Assembly: GCA_050259195.1 (NCBI GenBank)
Contig: JBLNAE010000362.1
Location: 1 to 43,613, forward strand
DNA from: Ignavibacteriales bacterium
GTDB lineage: Bacteria > Desulfobacterota_D > UBA1144 > Nemesobacterales > CSP1-2
DNA: 43,613 bases
Direction of reading: 5' to 3'
In this document: positions 9,891 through 18,500 of the stretch, piece by piece
How the letters are laid out: every line of letters starts with the position of its first letter
Numbering within the stretch: position 1 is the stretch's first letter
The notes under the pieces: model-generated
Seen by the model: only the letters and a program-made list of their open reading frames with translations
What the model was told of the DNA's origin: nothing
Databases searched by the model: none
Made by a program: the position numbers and the translations under genes

Positions 9891-11639
9891 CTACACAAGT
9901 TCCCGCACCTTGTCCGAAAGTATCGTCCAGGCAATCTTTCCGCGATTGGGTTCGCCACGGGCAAGCGATTCGGCAAATTTAGTCGCCTGCTCTACCGTAA
10001 TTTTAGGAGGCATAGGCGGCTCGAACGGGTCAACTACAGCTTCAATGATGCTTGGGCCAGGCGCGGCAAGCGCCTCATCAATTATGGAACCGCACGTAGC
10101 AGGGTCTTCAATGGTAAAACCCCTTCCGCCACAGGCCCGAGCAAATAGGGTAAAATCAATTGGCTCAAGGTCAACACCAAATTCAGGATTACCGAGAAAT
10201 ACCATCTGCTCCCATTTAATCTGTCCCAGTGTATTGTTCTTTATAACCACGACCTTGACCGGAAGTTTGTATTTTACACATGTAGAAAACTCGGCCATAA
10301 GCATTGAGAAGCCGCCGTCTCCGACAAATGCAACACATTGCCTCTCAGGATAGGCAATCTGAGCGGCAATGGCGTAGGGAAAGCCGTTTGCCATTGTCGC
10401 GAGATTACCGGATAGAGAATACATCTGCCCGCGTTTAATCGGAATTTGTCTTGCAGACCACGTGGCAATTGTGCCGCTATCAGAGACAATGATGGCATCG
10501 TCGCGCAGGCGCTTGCCCAGTTCCCAAGCCACCACCTGTGGCTTCATAGGCTTGTCCTGCCGTGTGCCGCGCTCTTCCATCAACTTCCACCAGTCTTTCA
10601 TGCCCTCCTGTGCTTCCTTTAGAAAGCCGTTCCCATTCTGCTTCAGTAAAGGTAAAAGTGCTTGAAGTGTGCGACGGCTGTCGCCAACCAGTCCAACTTC
10701 AACCGGGTAACGTAAGCCTATCCGCATGGGGTCAAGTTCAATCTGAACGGCTTTAGCCCGATCCGGCTTGGGATAAAACTCGATGTATGGAAAAGAGCTA
10801 CCAACTATAAGCAGAGTATCACAGTTTTCGAGTGCCTCCTGAGATGGTTTCGTGCCGAGCAGTCCGATAGAGCCTGTTGTATATGGGCTATGATCTGGCA
10901 CTGCCGCTTTTCCAAGCAGAGCTTTTATGATCGGCGCTCCCAGCTTCTCGGCAACCTGCTCAAGCTCGTCGGTTGCATGAAGCGCGCCCTGACCTGCAAG
11001 AATTGCCACCTTCCTGCCAGAATTCAAAATCTCAGCCGCCCGACGCAGGTCACCTTCATCTGGCAGGCGGGCGCTGCGGGCGAAGACATCCGATGTGTGA
11101 TGAGGGATATTGCGCTTTGAGCGATTCTTTGTAGCCGGAGCGTCCTGGAGATCAACGGGAAATGTAATGTGTGCCACCCCGCGATATGCAAGTGCGGTGC
11201 GGCAGGCAAGGTCTGCTACATTCTCGACGTGGGTTGGACCCATGATGCGGGCGTTGTATTTAGCCACATCTATAAAGAGCTTATCTAACTCAACGTCCTG
11301 TTGCTGATATGTGTTGGTGAGGTCATGATATGGCATTCCCGTTAATGCCAATACCGGTTGGCTGTCCAGTTTTGCATCATATAACCCATTGAGCAGATGT
11401 ATACCGCCCGGACCAGATGTTGCAAGACAGGCGCCTAGCTTACCTGTAAACTTGGCATATCCGCATGCCATGAATGCGGCGGCCTCCTCATGGCGTACGT
11501 GAATGAATTGGATTTTATCCTGGCGCTTTCGCAGGGCTTCCATAATGCCGTTGATGCCGTCTCCGGGCAGACCGAATATAACATTAACACCCCAATCGTG
11601 AATTGTGTCAATCAAAACATCAGCCGCTGTATCTGTCAT
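9891..11639 (-). CDS. Thiamine-diphosphate enzyme, pyruvate oxidase / pyruvate:quinone dehydrogenase (PoxB)-like
   Basis: 582 aa. The N-terminal Pyr domain (GLPGDGINGI...HEEAAAFMACGYAKFTG...SGPGGIHLLNGLYDA) and the C-terminal PP domain (GDGGFSM...N) both resemble the PoxB/acetolactate-synthase fold. Confidence 0.85.
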   Translation of the reverse strand: MTDTAADVLIDTIHDWGVNVIFGLPGDGINGIMEALRKRQDKIQFIHVRHEEAAAFMACGYAKFTGKLGACLATSGPGGIHLLNGLYDAKLDSQPVLALTGMPYHDLTNTYQQQDVELDKLFIDVAKYNARIMGPTHVENVADLACRTALAYRGVAHITFPVDLQDAPATKNRSKRNIPHHTSDVFARSARLPDEGDLRRAAEILNSGRKVAILAGQGALHATDELEQVAEKLGAPIIKALLGKAAVPDHSPYTTGSIGLLGTKPSQEALENCDTLLIVGSSFPYIEFYPKPDRAKAVQIELDPMRIGLRYPVEVGLVGDSRRTLQALLPLLKQNGNGFLKEAQEGMKDWWKLMEERGTRQDKPMKPQVVAWELGKRLRDDAIIVSDSGTIATWSARQIPIKRGQMYSLSGNLATMANGFPYAIAAQIAYPERQCVAFVGDGGFSMLMAEFSTCVKYKLPVKVVVIKNNTLGQIKWEQMVFLGNPEFGVDLEPIDFTLFARACGGRGFTIEDPATCGSIIDEALAAPGPSIIEAVVDPFEPPMPPKITVEQATKFAESLARGEPNRGKIAWTILSDKVRELV

Positions 11640-11749
11640 TTTTGGTTTTCCTCCTTACCCAACGTTATGAATCAAATAATGTTTAACAGCTTTTATTCTA
11701 GGCAGGAAAAAGATTTCTACTTTTTTTCAAGGGGACCTTCCCCTATATA

Positions 11750-11840
11750 AGGGGAGGGAGAACGAGAGAAAAGAGCCAACCCCATTCCATCGAACCTCAA
11801 TATAATCTACTGTCTTAATCTCTCTCTTCTCTCCTCCCCT
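11750..11840. repeat. Purine/pyrimidine-rich imperfect inverted repeat in the DUF4142 / PoxB-like intergenic region
   Basis: The left arm AGGGGAGGGAGAACGAGAGAAAAGAG (11750-11775) matches the reverse complement of TCTCTCTCTTCTCTCCTCCCCT (11819-11840). The first 8 bp are perfect and the rest is bulged, with a spacer of about 43 nt. Confidence 0.5.
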
Positions 11841-11860
11841 AAAAGCCAGTATTAAGAGCC

Positions 11861-12433
11861 TTACTTGGTGCTAGCTGATGATTTAGCACCAACATCTTGT
11901 GCAATGTTTTGAGCCTGTTGTAGATGGTCCTTTATCGTTGAAAGGGTATCGTCAGTCCAATTTTTCAAATCTGAATTCTGAATCTGGTTAGATTCACTCT
12001 GAAATTCATTTACGTCCTTAGTGTGATCCTTAACCATTACATTCATGTATTCACGATCGAACTGGGAGCCGGAGAGCTTCGACAGGCGATCTACCATCTT
12101 CTTATGCTTTGCATCCAAATCCTTCGGAAGGGTAACCCCGCTATTGGATGCCAACTGCATGAGTTGGTCGTTTGCTTTTGAATGGTCCTTGACCATACGC
12201 TCTCCAAAGTTTTTTACATCTTTGTTGGCAGCCCGCTGCTTCGCCAGATTACCGAGTTGTACTTCCATCATTCCACCCTCGGCTGCCTTTTTCATAAACT
12301 TCACGTCCGAATTGCTCAAGGCATTAGCATTATTAGTGTTGGTGCCTTGTGACTTGGCTCCATACGCTAATCCCGCAAATGTAAAAACACCAGCTACCAA
12401 AAGAACTGTGATTATATTTAGTCGTTTAATCAT
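11861..12433 (-). CDS. Secreted DUF4142-family protein
   Basis: Has a signal peptide (MIKRLNIITVLLVAGVFTFAGLAYG). Two helical repeats carry the MVKDH(S/T)K motif typical of DUF4142. The SD AGGAGGAAAG lies upstream. Confidence 0.75.
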   Translation of the reverse strand: MIKRLNIITVLLVAGVFTFAGLAYGAKSQGTNTNNANALSNSDVKFMKKAAEGGMMEVQLGNLAKQRAANKDVKNFGERMVKDHSKANDQLMQLASNSGVTLPKDLDAKHKKMVDRLSKLSGSQFDREYMNVMVKDHTKDVNEFQSESNQIQNSDLKNWTDDTLSTIKDHLQQAQNIAQDVGAKSSASTK

Positions 12434-12526
12434 TTTTCTTTCCTCCTCTTTTTTTAGGTTTTTAGCTCATTATCAATTTCAGATATCTGCTCACGCTTCC
12501 TCTCATTTTCTTTCCCAGTGGCAGAA

Positions 12527-13672
12527 TTATGCTTCAGCCTTGTTAGTGCACTCGGAATATTGATTGAACCGCCGGGCAGCAGAAAGGCCCAAGCTCGTCA
12601 GTGTGTTCAGAAACCGAGACTGTATACGTTCTTGAATATCCATCCCGCGCGATATATCGACTCTATCTCCACTTGCCCCAGGCAGTATGCTGTTAACCAA
12701 ACCCAATATATCGGCTATAGCACCAGGAAATAGACCATGAAAGAGAGCCAGTATATTGGCGGGAAGAGAGAGAATCCTCTCCGATTCGCCACGCTTCGTC
12801 GCCTTCACGATTTGCCTCGCCGCCCTCTCAGCGTCCATTGATACAAAAGGCAGGCTGGCACCCAGGCTAAACCATGTAAATTCGCCCTCCTGATCTCCTT
12901 TAAAAAGGGCATTCAGATGAGAGCCTGTACGCATTAAACCCGGGGCGATTGTGGTAACATTTATACCCTCTCGCGCTAACTCCGCACGCAATCCCTCAGA
13001 AAGGGCTACGGCAGCAAATTTAGCACAGTTATATGGGATTAGGTGGGGCACACTTACCTTTCCGCCAATAGATGTGATATTTACGATGCGGCCGCTCCTG
13101 CGTTTTAACATTTGGGGAAGCACAGCAAATATATGGTAGAGAACACCCCAGAACATAACGTTCAATGCGTTTTCAAAATCTTGAACGGTCATAATCCCAA
13201 TTGGACCCACCTGGATTATTCCAGCATTGTTAACGAGTATATCTATCCGGCCAAAGTGGCCCGTCGCCCTATCCACAAGACGCTCGACTTCGAGACGGTC
13301 TGAGACATCACACTTTATGGCTAGTACCTTTGCACCTTCCCTTTCTAGGTCCTCTTGGGCCCGCTTTAGCTCTTCTTCTTTCCGCGCGCAAATCACAAGC
13401 CGACACCCTTCACGGGCAAACTCTCTAGCCAATAAAAAACCCAACCCACGCGAGCCTCCAGTGATCAATACCACCTGCCCACGTAAATCTATCTCGCGCA
13501 GGTGCTGAACTATTTTGCGCCCTATCAGAACCGCCCCGAGACCAGCGGCTACAAGTAATACCTTTCGGTTATCATTCCAGATTGTTGAACCATTCTTTTG
13601 TTGTTCCATAATTTTTGCCATTGTCCATTGTTGGTGCATATTTAATGAACGAAAAAACTGAAACCTCATCAA
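12527..13672 (-). CDS. Short-chain dehydrogenase/reductase (SDR) with an N-terminal hydrophobic segment
   Basis: Carries TGGSRGLG (the Rossmann TGxxxGxG motif), NNAG and the YNCAK catalytic YxxxK. The true start may be an internal Met (MAKIMEQQ...). Confidence 0.85.
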   Translation of the reverse strand: MMRFQFFRSLNMHQQWTMAKIMEQQKNGSTIWNDNRKVLLVAAGLGAVLIGRKIVQHLREIDLRGQVVLITGGSRGLGFLLAREFAREGCRLVICARKEEELKRAQEDLEREGAKVLAIKCDVSDRLEVERLVDRATGHFGRIDILVNNAGIIQVGPIGIMTVQDFENALNVMFWGVLYHIFAVLPQMLKRRSGRIVNITSIGGKVSVPHLIPYNCAKFAAVALSEGLRAELAREGINVTTIAPGLMRTGSHLNALFKGDQEGEFTWFSLGASLPFVSMDAERAARQIVKATKRGESERILSLPANILALFHGLFPGAIADILGLVNSILPGASGDRVDISRGMDIQERIQSRFLNTLTSLGLSAARRFNQYSECTNKAEA

Positions 13673-13764
13673 TTAATATAATTCGATGTAAGTATGAGAA
13701 TTCAGGAAATAAAAATCCTTGTGTCTCTCCATTTCGGATTTTAACCCTTTGATTTTCTGTAATT

Positions 13765-14949
13765 CTATGGTTTCAATACCACTTTGATACAGTCCTCTTC
13801 TTTGTTTTTGAAAATACTATAGGCTTCGGGTGCTTCGTCTAAGCTCATCCGGTGCGTGATGATGAACGAAGGATCAATCTCACCCTTATTGATTCGTTCA
13901 AGGAGTGGGCGCATGTATTTTTGAACGTGTGTCTGTCCCATCTTAAACGTTAGGCCTTTAGCGAATGCCGCGCCAAAGGGAATTTTGTCAAGGAATCCGC
14001 CGTAGACGCCGGGAATAGACACTATGCCCCCCTTACGGCATGCCTGTATCGCCTCGCGCAATACAGTCGGGCGATCGGTTGCGATGCGCATTGCCATCTT
14101 CGCTCTATCATAAAACGCGCCGATACCCGAGCCATGAGCTTCCATACCGACAGCGTCAATGCAGGCATCCGGCCCCCGTCCGCCGGTCATCTGCTTTAGT
14201 TTTTCGACTACATCGCCTATTTCCTCGTAGTTAATCGTCTCTGCATTGCCATATGTTCTGGCTAAATGCAAGCGCTCAGGAAATCTATCTATCGCAATAA
14301 CGCGCCCTGCGCCGAGCATATAGGCGCTCTTGATTGCAAACTGCCCGACTGGACCGCACCCCCAAATTGCTATCGTATCACCTGGCTGAATATGGCAATT
14401 TTCCGCAGCCATATAACCTGTCGGAAAAATATCGGAGAGAAATAAGACCTGCTCATCCCTTATGCCATCGGCCATACCGTTAGAAATTTTAATTGGACCA
14501 ACGTCCGCGAATGGAACCCGCGCGTACTCCGCCTGGCCGCCCGCATAACCACCCAACAGGTGAGAGTAACCAAACAGTCCCGACCCCGAAAAACCATACA
14601 ACCCTTCTGCCATCCACGCGTTCGGATTTGAGTTGTCGCAAAGAGACCACAACTGTCTTTGACAGAAAAAGCACCCGCCGCACCCGATTGCAAAAGGCAC
14701 AACCACACGGTCGCCCGCTTTTAAATTCTTAACCTCATTCCCGACCTCAACAACCTCGCCCATAAACTCATGACCGAGAATATCGCCCTCTCGCATCGTC
14801 GGAATATGACAGTCGTAAAGATGGATGTCAGAGCCGCAAATTGCCGTCATTGTGACCTCGACGATAGCATCACGTGAGCTGAGTATCTTCGGATCGGGGA
14901 CATTCTCGACCCGCACATCGTTTTTACCATGCCAGCAAACTGCTCTCAT
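13765..14949 (-). CDS. Zinc-dependent alcohol dehydrogenase family, glutathione-independent formaldehyde dehydrogenase-like
   Basis: 394 aa with an ICGSDIHLY catalytic-Zn region, a CGGCFFC structural-Zn loop and a GCGPVG NAD-binding motif. Confidence 0.85.
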   Translation of the reverse strand: MRAVCWHGKNDVRVENVPDPKILSSRDAIVEVTMTAICGSDIHLYDCHIPTMREGDILGHEFMGEVVEVGNEVKNLKAGDRVVVPFAIGCGGCFFCQRQLWSLCDNSNPNAWMAEGLYGFSGSGLFGYSHLLGGYAGGQAEYARVPFADVGPIKISNGMADGIRDEQVLFLSDIFPTGYMAAENCHIQPGDTIAIWGCGPVGQFAIKSAYMLGAGRVIAIDRFPERLHLARTYGNAETINYEEIGDVVEKLKQMTGGRGPDACIDAVGMEAHGSGIGAFYDRAKMAMRIATDRPTVLREAIQACRKGGIVSIPGVYGGFLDKIPFGAAFAKGLTFKMGQTHVQKYMRPLLERINKGEIDPSFIITHRMSLDEAPEAYSIFKNKEEDCIKVVLKP

Positions 14950-14984
14950 TGTATTGTCCTCCTTGAAAAGTCATGTAATGAAAT

Positions 14985-15938
14985 CTAATCCCGCCCGCGC
15001 TGTTCATTTTGTTTGAGTGTCCATTTACCGTCTTCGAGAGTGTATTCATTCTCCTTTGATGACGGCGTTGCACGGCCGGGCGTCCACGATGGAGGATCGC
15101 TCGCCGGGAATGAATCTTCAGACGCCTTTTCAACAACGTCTTTTCCACGTTTTCTTTCTGATGTCTGACGATTCCGCAACGGTTTGCTTTCAAATTCCAC
15201 AATGCGTCCAGAGGACTGACCTTTCGTTGTAGTAATCTCACCCGCCTCCATAAGCTGCTTAAATCGGCGCAGGTCCTCTCGCACCTGCTGCTCCGGTTCT
15301 CTGCCAAAGAGTTTAGCGATAATTGATCCGACCTTGCCACCCGGCGGGTTGTATATGAGCGAAACCTTAACCTCCGTGCCGCGTCCATCCGGCGCAGGTT
15401 CAAATCGCACGGAGCCTGCACTATCAACATCCGCTCCTTCAAGCGAACGCCATGCGATCAATTTATTCTCTTCCTCATTTATAATCTCCGCATCCCATTC
15501 AACGGTCTTGCCCATAGGTGCCTTGGCAACCCAATGAGACCGCCTATCATCAATAATTGTTCTTACCGATTCTAAGTTCTCCATAAAGCGTGGCAGGTTT
15601 TCAAAGTTGCGCCAGAAGCGATAGAGTTCTTCAGGAGAACGGTTAATCGTAACGCTTCTGTCAACCTTAATATCGCGGCTTGCCTCCACACTCGCCGAAC
15701 CCCTAGTTCTATCAGTGGTGCTAACGCCCAGCGCATTATATAAGCCGCAACGTCCCGTTGTACCACGATAAATCAGGCTTCCGCCAATGAGGACAAAGGG
15801 TATGCTACTAATAGACCGGCGTTTCAGCCCGAAGAGTACAAGCGCCGCTCCTCCAATAGCCGATGCCCAACGCTCGACTTTACCAACGTTTTTACCAACG
15901 CTAGTGCTATCCTCTCTCATACTTTTGATTATTCCCAT
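14985..15938 (-). CDS. Membrane-anchored SRPBCC (cyclase/dehydrase) protein with an N-terminal DUF2892/YgaP-like domain
   Basis: The N-terminus (NVGKVERWASAIGGAAL...GTTGRCGLYNALG) matches the DUF2892 pattern and is followed by an SRPBCC-like core. The C-terminal tail contains SFPASDPPSW. The start is set at the second ATG (15938), preceded by GGAGG. Confidence 0.7.
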   Translation of the reverse strand: MGIIKSMREDSTSVGKNVGKVERWASAIGGAALVLFGLKRRSISSIPFVLIGGSLIYRGTTGRCGLYNALGVSTTDRTRGSASVEASRDIKVDRSVTINRSPEELYRFWRNFENLPRFMENLESVRTIIDDRRSHWVAKAPMGKTVEWDAEIINEEENKLIAWRSLEGADVDSAGSVRFEPAPDGRGTEVKVSLIYNPPGGKVGSIIAKLFGREPEQQVREDLRRFKQLMEAGEITTTKGQSSGRIVEFESKPLRNRQTSERKRGKDVVEKASEDSFPASDPPSWTPGRATPSSKENEYTLEDGKWTLKQNEQRGRD

Positions 15939-15987
15939 AATCGCCTCCATAAATTAGTCGTTAATCGCTGGTCCTTTTTCTGAATTC

Positions 15988-16446
15988 TTATGAACGTTGT
16001 TCAACGGTGCCTCGCCATGCGCCAGTCTCTTTTCCGCGCTTTTCAATAAAATCCTTGAACCGCTCAAGGTCGCCTTCAACCCGATGGGATACAACACCGA
16101 TCATATCCCCAGTTTTTTCCGTCATTCCTTCCGGCTCGTATTCCATCTGAACCGTCACACGGGTCTTGTTATCATTGAGGCGATGGAATGTAACGACTCC
16201 CGCATTCTTTGCCCCTCCCTCATCGTGCCATGCAATGCGCTTGTCGGGAATCTGCTCTGAAATCTTTGCGTACCACTCTTTGCGCTTGCCTCCAATGTTG
16301 GCAACCCAATGAAGCCGCGTGTCATCCATTTGCTTGACCTCCTCGACCCCTTCCATGAACCTTGGAAACTCTTCAAACTGAGTCCACTGGTTGTATGCAG
16401 TTCGTACGGGCACGTTAACGTCAATTGATTTTGTAATGGTTTCCAT
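15988..16446 (-). CDS. SRPBCC-family (polyketide cyclase/dehydrase-like) protein
   Basis: 152 aa, and a paralogue of the core of the preceding ORF: compare WTQFEEFPRFMEGVEEV with WRNFENLPRFMENLESV. A strong SD (GAGGAGG) lies upstream. Confidence 0.75.
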   Translation of the reverse strand: METITKSIDVNVPVRTAYNQWTQFEEFPRFMEGVEEVKQMDDTRLHWVANIGGKRKEWYAKISEQIPDKRIAWHDEGGAKNAGVVTFHRLNDNKTRVTVQMEYEPEGMTEKTGDMIGVVSHRVEGDLERFKDFIEKRGKETGAWRGTVEQRS

Positions 16447-16602
16447 GATAATACCTCCTCCTCTCTTTTTGCTCGTTTTTGGTGGATATTTTTACACTTC
16501 TTGTACTTAGCGCCCTTTTCTTTGTGGCGCCCTTAAGGGCAAGTTATAAAAGTATGTAAGCAACTCCCTTTAAAAAGTCTCAGAGCTTCTACTAGAGGAT
16601 TT

Positions 16603-16749
16603 TTACCTACGATTAGGACAGGTGCATCCCTTGTTCTCAGCACACCCTTGGCAACAATAGGTCTGATTATCCTTGTTAACTCCCTGCCCCTTATTTCCGC
16701 TCCACTGTTCCTTTGGCATTCCACAACGTGGGCAATTTTGTTCAGCCAT
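16603..16749 (-). CDS. 48-aa Cys-rich protein, TRASH/metallothionein-like metal-binding candidate (absent from the ORF track)
   Basis: My translation is MAEQNCPRCGMPKEQWSGNKGQGVNKDNQTYCCQGCAENKGCTCPNRR. The ATG at 16749 sits 8 nt after GAGGAGGAAA. It has 8 Cys in 48 aa, and the spacing C-x2-C-x22-C-x3-C fits the TRASH pattern. Confidence 0.6.
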   Translation of the reverse strand: MAEQNCPRCGMPKEQWSGNKGQGVNKDNQTYCCQGCAENKGCTCPNRR

Positions 16750-17072
16750 TCTAAATTTCCTCCTCATTTCTGAGTTTTATTCGCTATGTTTTAACAAATA
16801 TGATTGCAATGTTTATACCAATAGATTCGAGATTCTATTCTTTAGTTTTCATAGGACGTTATGAATAGAAGAAATTCCATGAAAGATGAAAACCTACTTA
16901 GATGTGTATTAAGACACAGCAAATACTGTGTAAATGTGCACAAGAATTTAAGTTTTATTTGTAATGTGATGAAATATCCCGGTGCACACACCACGCTGAG
17001 TTCATTACAGTTAGCGATTAAAAATTATTGAAGATGCAGAGCACATTGCAAAGGATTTACAAACCGGATGAC

Positions 17073-17100
17073 TTGACATAGGGTGTTAAAAGTATATAGT
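17073..17100 (+). promoter_or_regulatory. Candidate sigma-70 promoter for metK
   Basis: TTGACA (17073-17078), a 16-nt spacer, then TATAGT (17095-17100), about 175 nt upstream of the metK ATG. Confidence 0.4.
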
Positions 17101-17138
17101 TTTTTCGCTTTTGCCGCGTTTGATGATGAACAACTCAA

Positions 17139-17231
17139 CCACAAAGAGTGCACAAAAAGCGGTATTAATGCTAAATGCAGCAAGAAAAATTATTGGTAAG
17201 AGCCTTCTCTGTGCATCTATAATCTTTGTGG
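17139..17231 (+). repeat. Long imperfect hairpin in the metK 5' leader (member of the CACA(G/A)AG palindromic element family)
   Basis: CCACAAAGA (17139-17147) pairs perfectly with TCTTTGTGG (17223-17231). GTGCACA (17148-17154) pairs with TGTGCAT (17210-17216). The stem encloses about 55 nt. Confidence 0.55.
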
Positions 17232-17274
17232 TCAATAGTGTTGTTCTCTTGAAAATAAAAGGAGGCAAATATAT

Positions 17275-18435
17275 ATGGCTCAAAGCGATTTCGTTTTTAC
17301 GTCAGAGTCCGTCACGGAAGGACATCCCGATAAGATGGCAGACCAGATTTCCGATGCGGTTCTTGATGCTGTAATCGGTCAGGATCGCTTAGGAAGAGTC
17401 GCCTGTGAAACACTTCTCACAACAGGGCTTATTGTTGTAGCAGGAGAAATTTCAACTGCCGCCAATATAGTCATCTCCAGTATCGTCAGGCATGTTGTAA
17501 AAGATATAGGCTATACGGATGCATCTATGGGATTTGATTCAGAAGACTGTGGTGTCTTGGTTGCAATTGGAAGACAATCTTCTGATATCGCTCTCGGAGT
17601 AAACCCTTCGGAGGAAAAGGAACAGGGCGCCGGAGACCAGGGGATTATGTTTGGCTATGCAATAGATGAAACTCCTGAGCTTATGCCTGCACCTATAATG
17701 TATTCACACAAACTTGCAAAACGGCTTTCAGAGGTAAGAAAAAACGGAATGCTTCCATTTCTCAGACCAGATGGGAAAACTCAGGTAACAATAAGATATA
17801 AAGACCAGAGACCTGTGAGCGTCGAATCTATTGTCATTTCCGCTCAACACTCCTCCGACGTTAAAAATCGTACTATACACGATGGGATAATAGAGAAAGT
17901 AATAAAACCCGTGATTCCGGAAGAGCTTTTGTCCTCTAAAACAAAGATTCATATTAACCCCACGGGGAGGTTTGTAATCGGCGGTCCTAAGGGAGATACA
18001 GGACTCACCGGACGAAAAATCATAATAGATACATACGGCGGATGGGGGAGACACGGGGGCGGGGCATTTTCTGGCAAAGACCCGTCAAAGGTGGATAGAA
18101 GCGCCAGTTACATGGCCCGATATGTTGCAAAAAACATTGTTGCCGCAGGATTCGCAAAGAGGTGTGAAGTACAACTCGCATACGTTATCGGTGTCGCAGA
18201 GCCAGTTTCTATAATGGTAGACACATTTGGCACCGGAATAGTTCCGGAAGATAAGATTTCAAAAGCCGTAAGAGAGGTGTTTGAGCTAAAACCCGCCGGG
18301 ATTATAAAAACCTTAGACCTCCTCAGGCCAATTTACCAAAAAACCGCTGCTTATGGACATTTTGGAAGAGATGATAGAGAATTTATGTGGGAAAGAACCG
18401 ACAAGGTTCAGAAACTCCAATCTGCGATTGAATAG
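17275..18435 (+). CDS. metK: S-adenosylmethionine synthetase
   Basis: 386 aa with the [17 protein letters not shown] and [16 protein letters not shown] motifs. The SD AAAGGAGG lies 9 nt upstream. Confidence 0.97.
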   Translation: MAQSDFVFTSESVTEGHPDKMADQISDAVLDAVIGQDRLGRVACETLLTTGLIVVAGEISTAANIVISSIVRHVVKDIGYTDASMGFDSEDCGVLVAIGRQSSDIALGVNPSEEKEQGAGDQGIMFGYAIDETPELMPAPIMYSHKLAKRLSEVRKNGMLPFLRPDGKTQVTIRYKDQRPVSVESIVISAQHSSDVKNRTIHDGIIEKVIKPVIPEELLSSKTKIHINPTGRFVIGGPKGDTGLTGRKIIIDTYGGWGRHGGGAFSGKDPSKVDRSASYMARYVAKNIVAAGFAKRCEVQLAYVIGVAEPVSIMVDTFGTGIVPEDKISKAVREVFELKPAGIIKTLDLLRPIYQKTAAYGHFGRDDREFMWERTDKVQKLQSAIE

Positions 18436-18456
18436 GATGGATTTCTGTAATAAAGG

Positions 18457-18484
18457 ATGTAAGAGCGGCTTCTAGCCGCGACAT
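18457..18484. repeat. Short GC-core hairpin between metK and ahcY
   Basis: ATGT-aaga-GCGGC ttcta GCCGC-g-ACAT. There is no T-run, so it is not a classical terminator. Confidence 0.4.
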
Positions 18485-18500
18485 TAAAACGGAGGTAAAG

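Noticed and set aside
9820-10353. Long antisense or alternative-frame ORFs inside well-supported genes (this one, plus 8024-8479, 12045-12563, 14924-15442, 25923-26450, 37097-37519, 42388-42798 and others)
   Set aside because: Each lies entirely within, or antisense to, a CDS with clear family motifs. They have no SD and low-complexity or Arg/Ser/Pro-rich composition, which is typical of shadow ORFs. The 25923-26450 ORF simply mirrors the tandem repeat on the other strand.
16533-16724. 63-aa minus-strand ORF from the track (MECQRNSGAEIRGREL...)
   Set aside because: It lies in a different frame over the same DNA as the 48-aa Cys-rich ORF. That ORF has a strong SD and a coherent metal-binding Cys pattern. 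The 63-aa ORF has no SD and no recognisable motif.
16861-17028. 55-aa plus-strand ORF (MNRRNSMKDENLLRCVLRHSKYC...) in the AT-rich gap upstream of metK
   Set aside because: It has no convincing SD and no recognisable motif, and AT-rich DNA makes open frames of this length unsurprising. I treat the region as promoter/leader DNA.
17100-17274. SAM riboswitch upstream of metK, and SAH riboswitch upstream of ahcY (18436-18500)
   Set aside because: I could not find the conserved cores of the SAM-I, SAM-II or SAH motifs as I remember them. The ahcY spacer is only 65 nt with one small hairpin. This needs Infernal to exclude formally.
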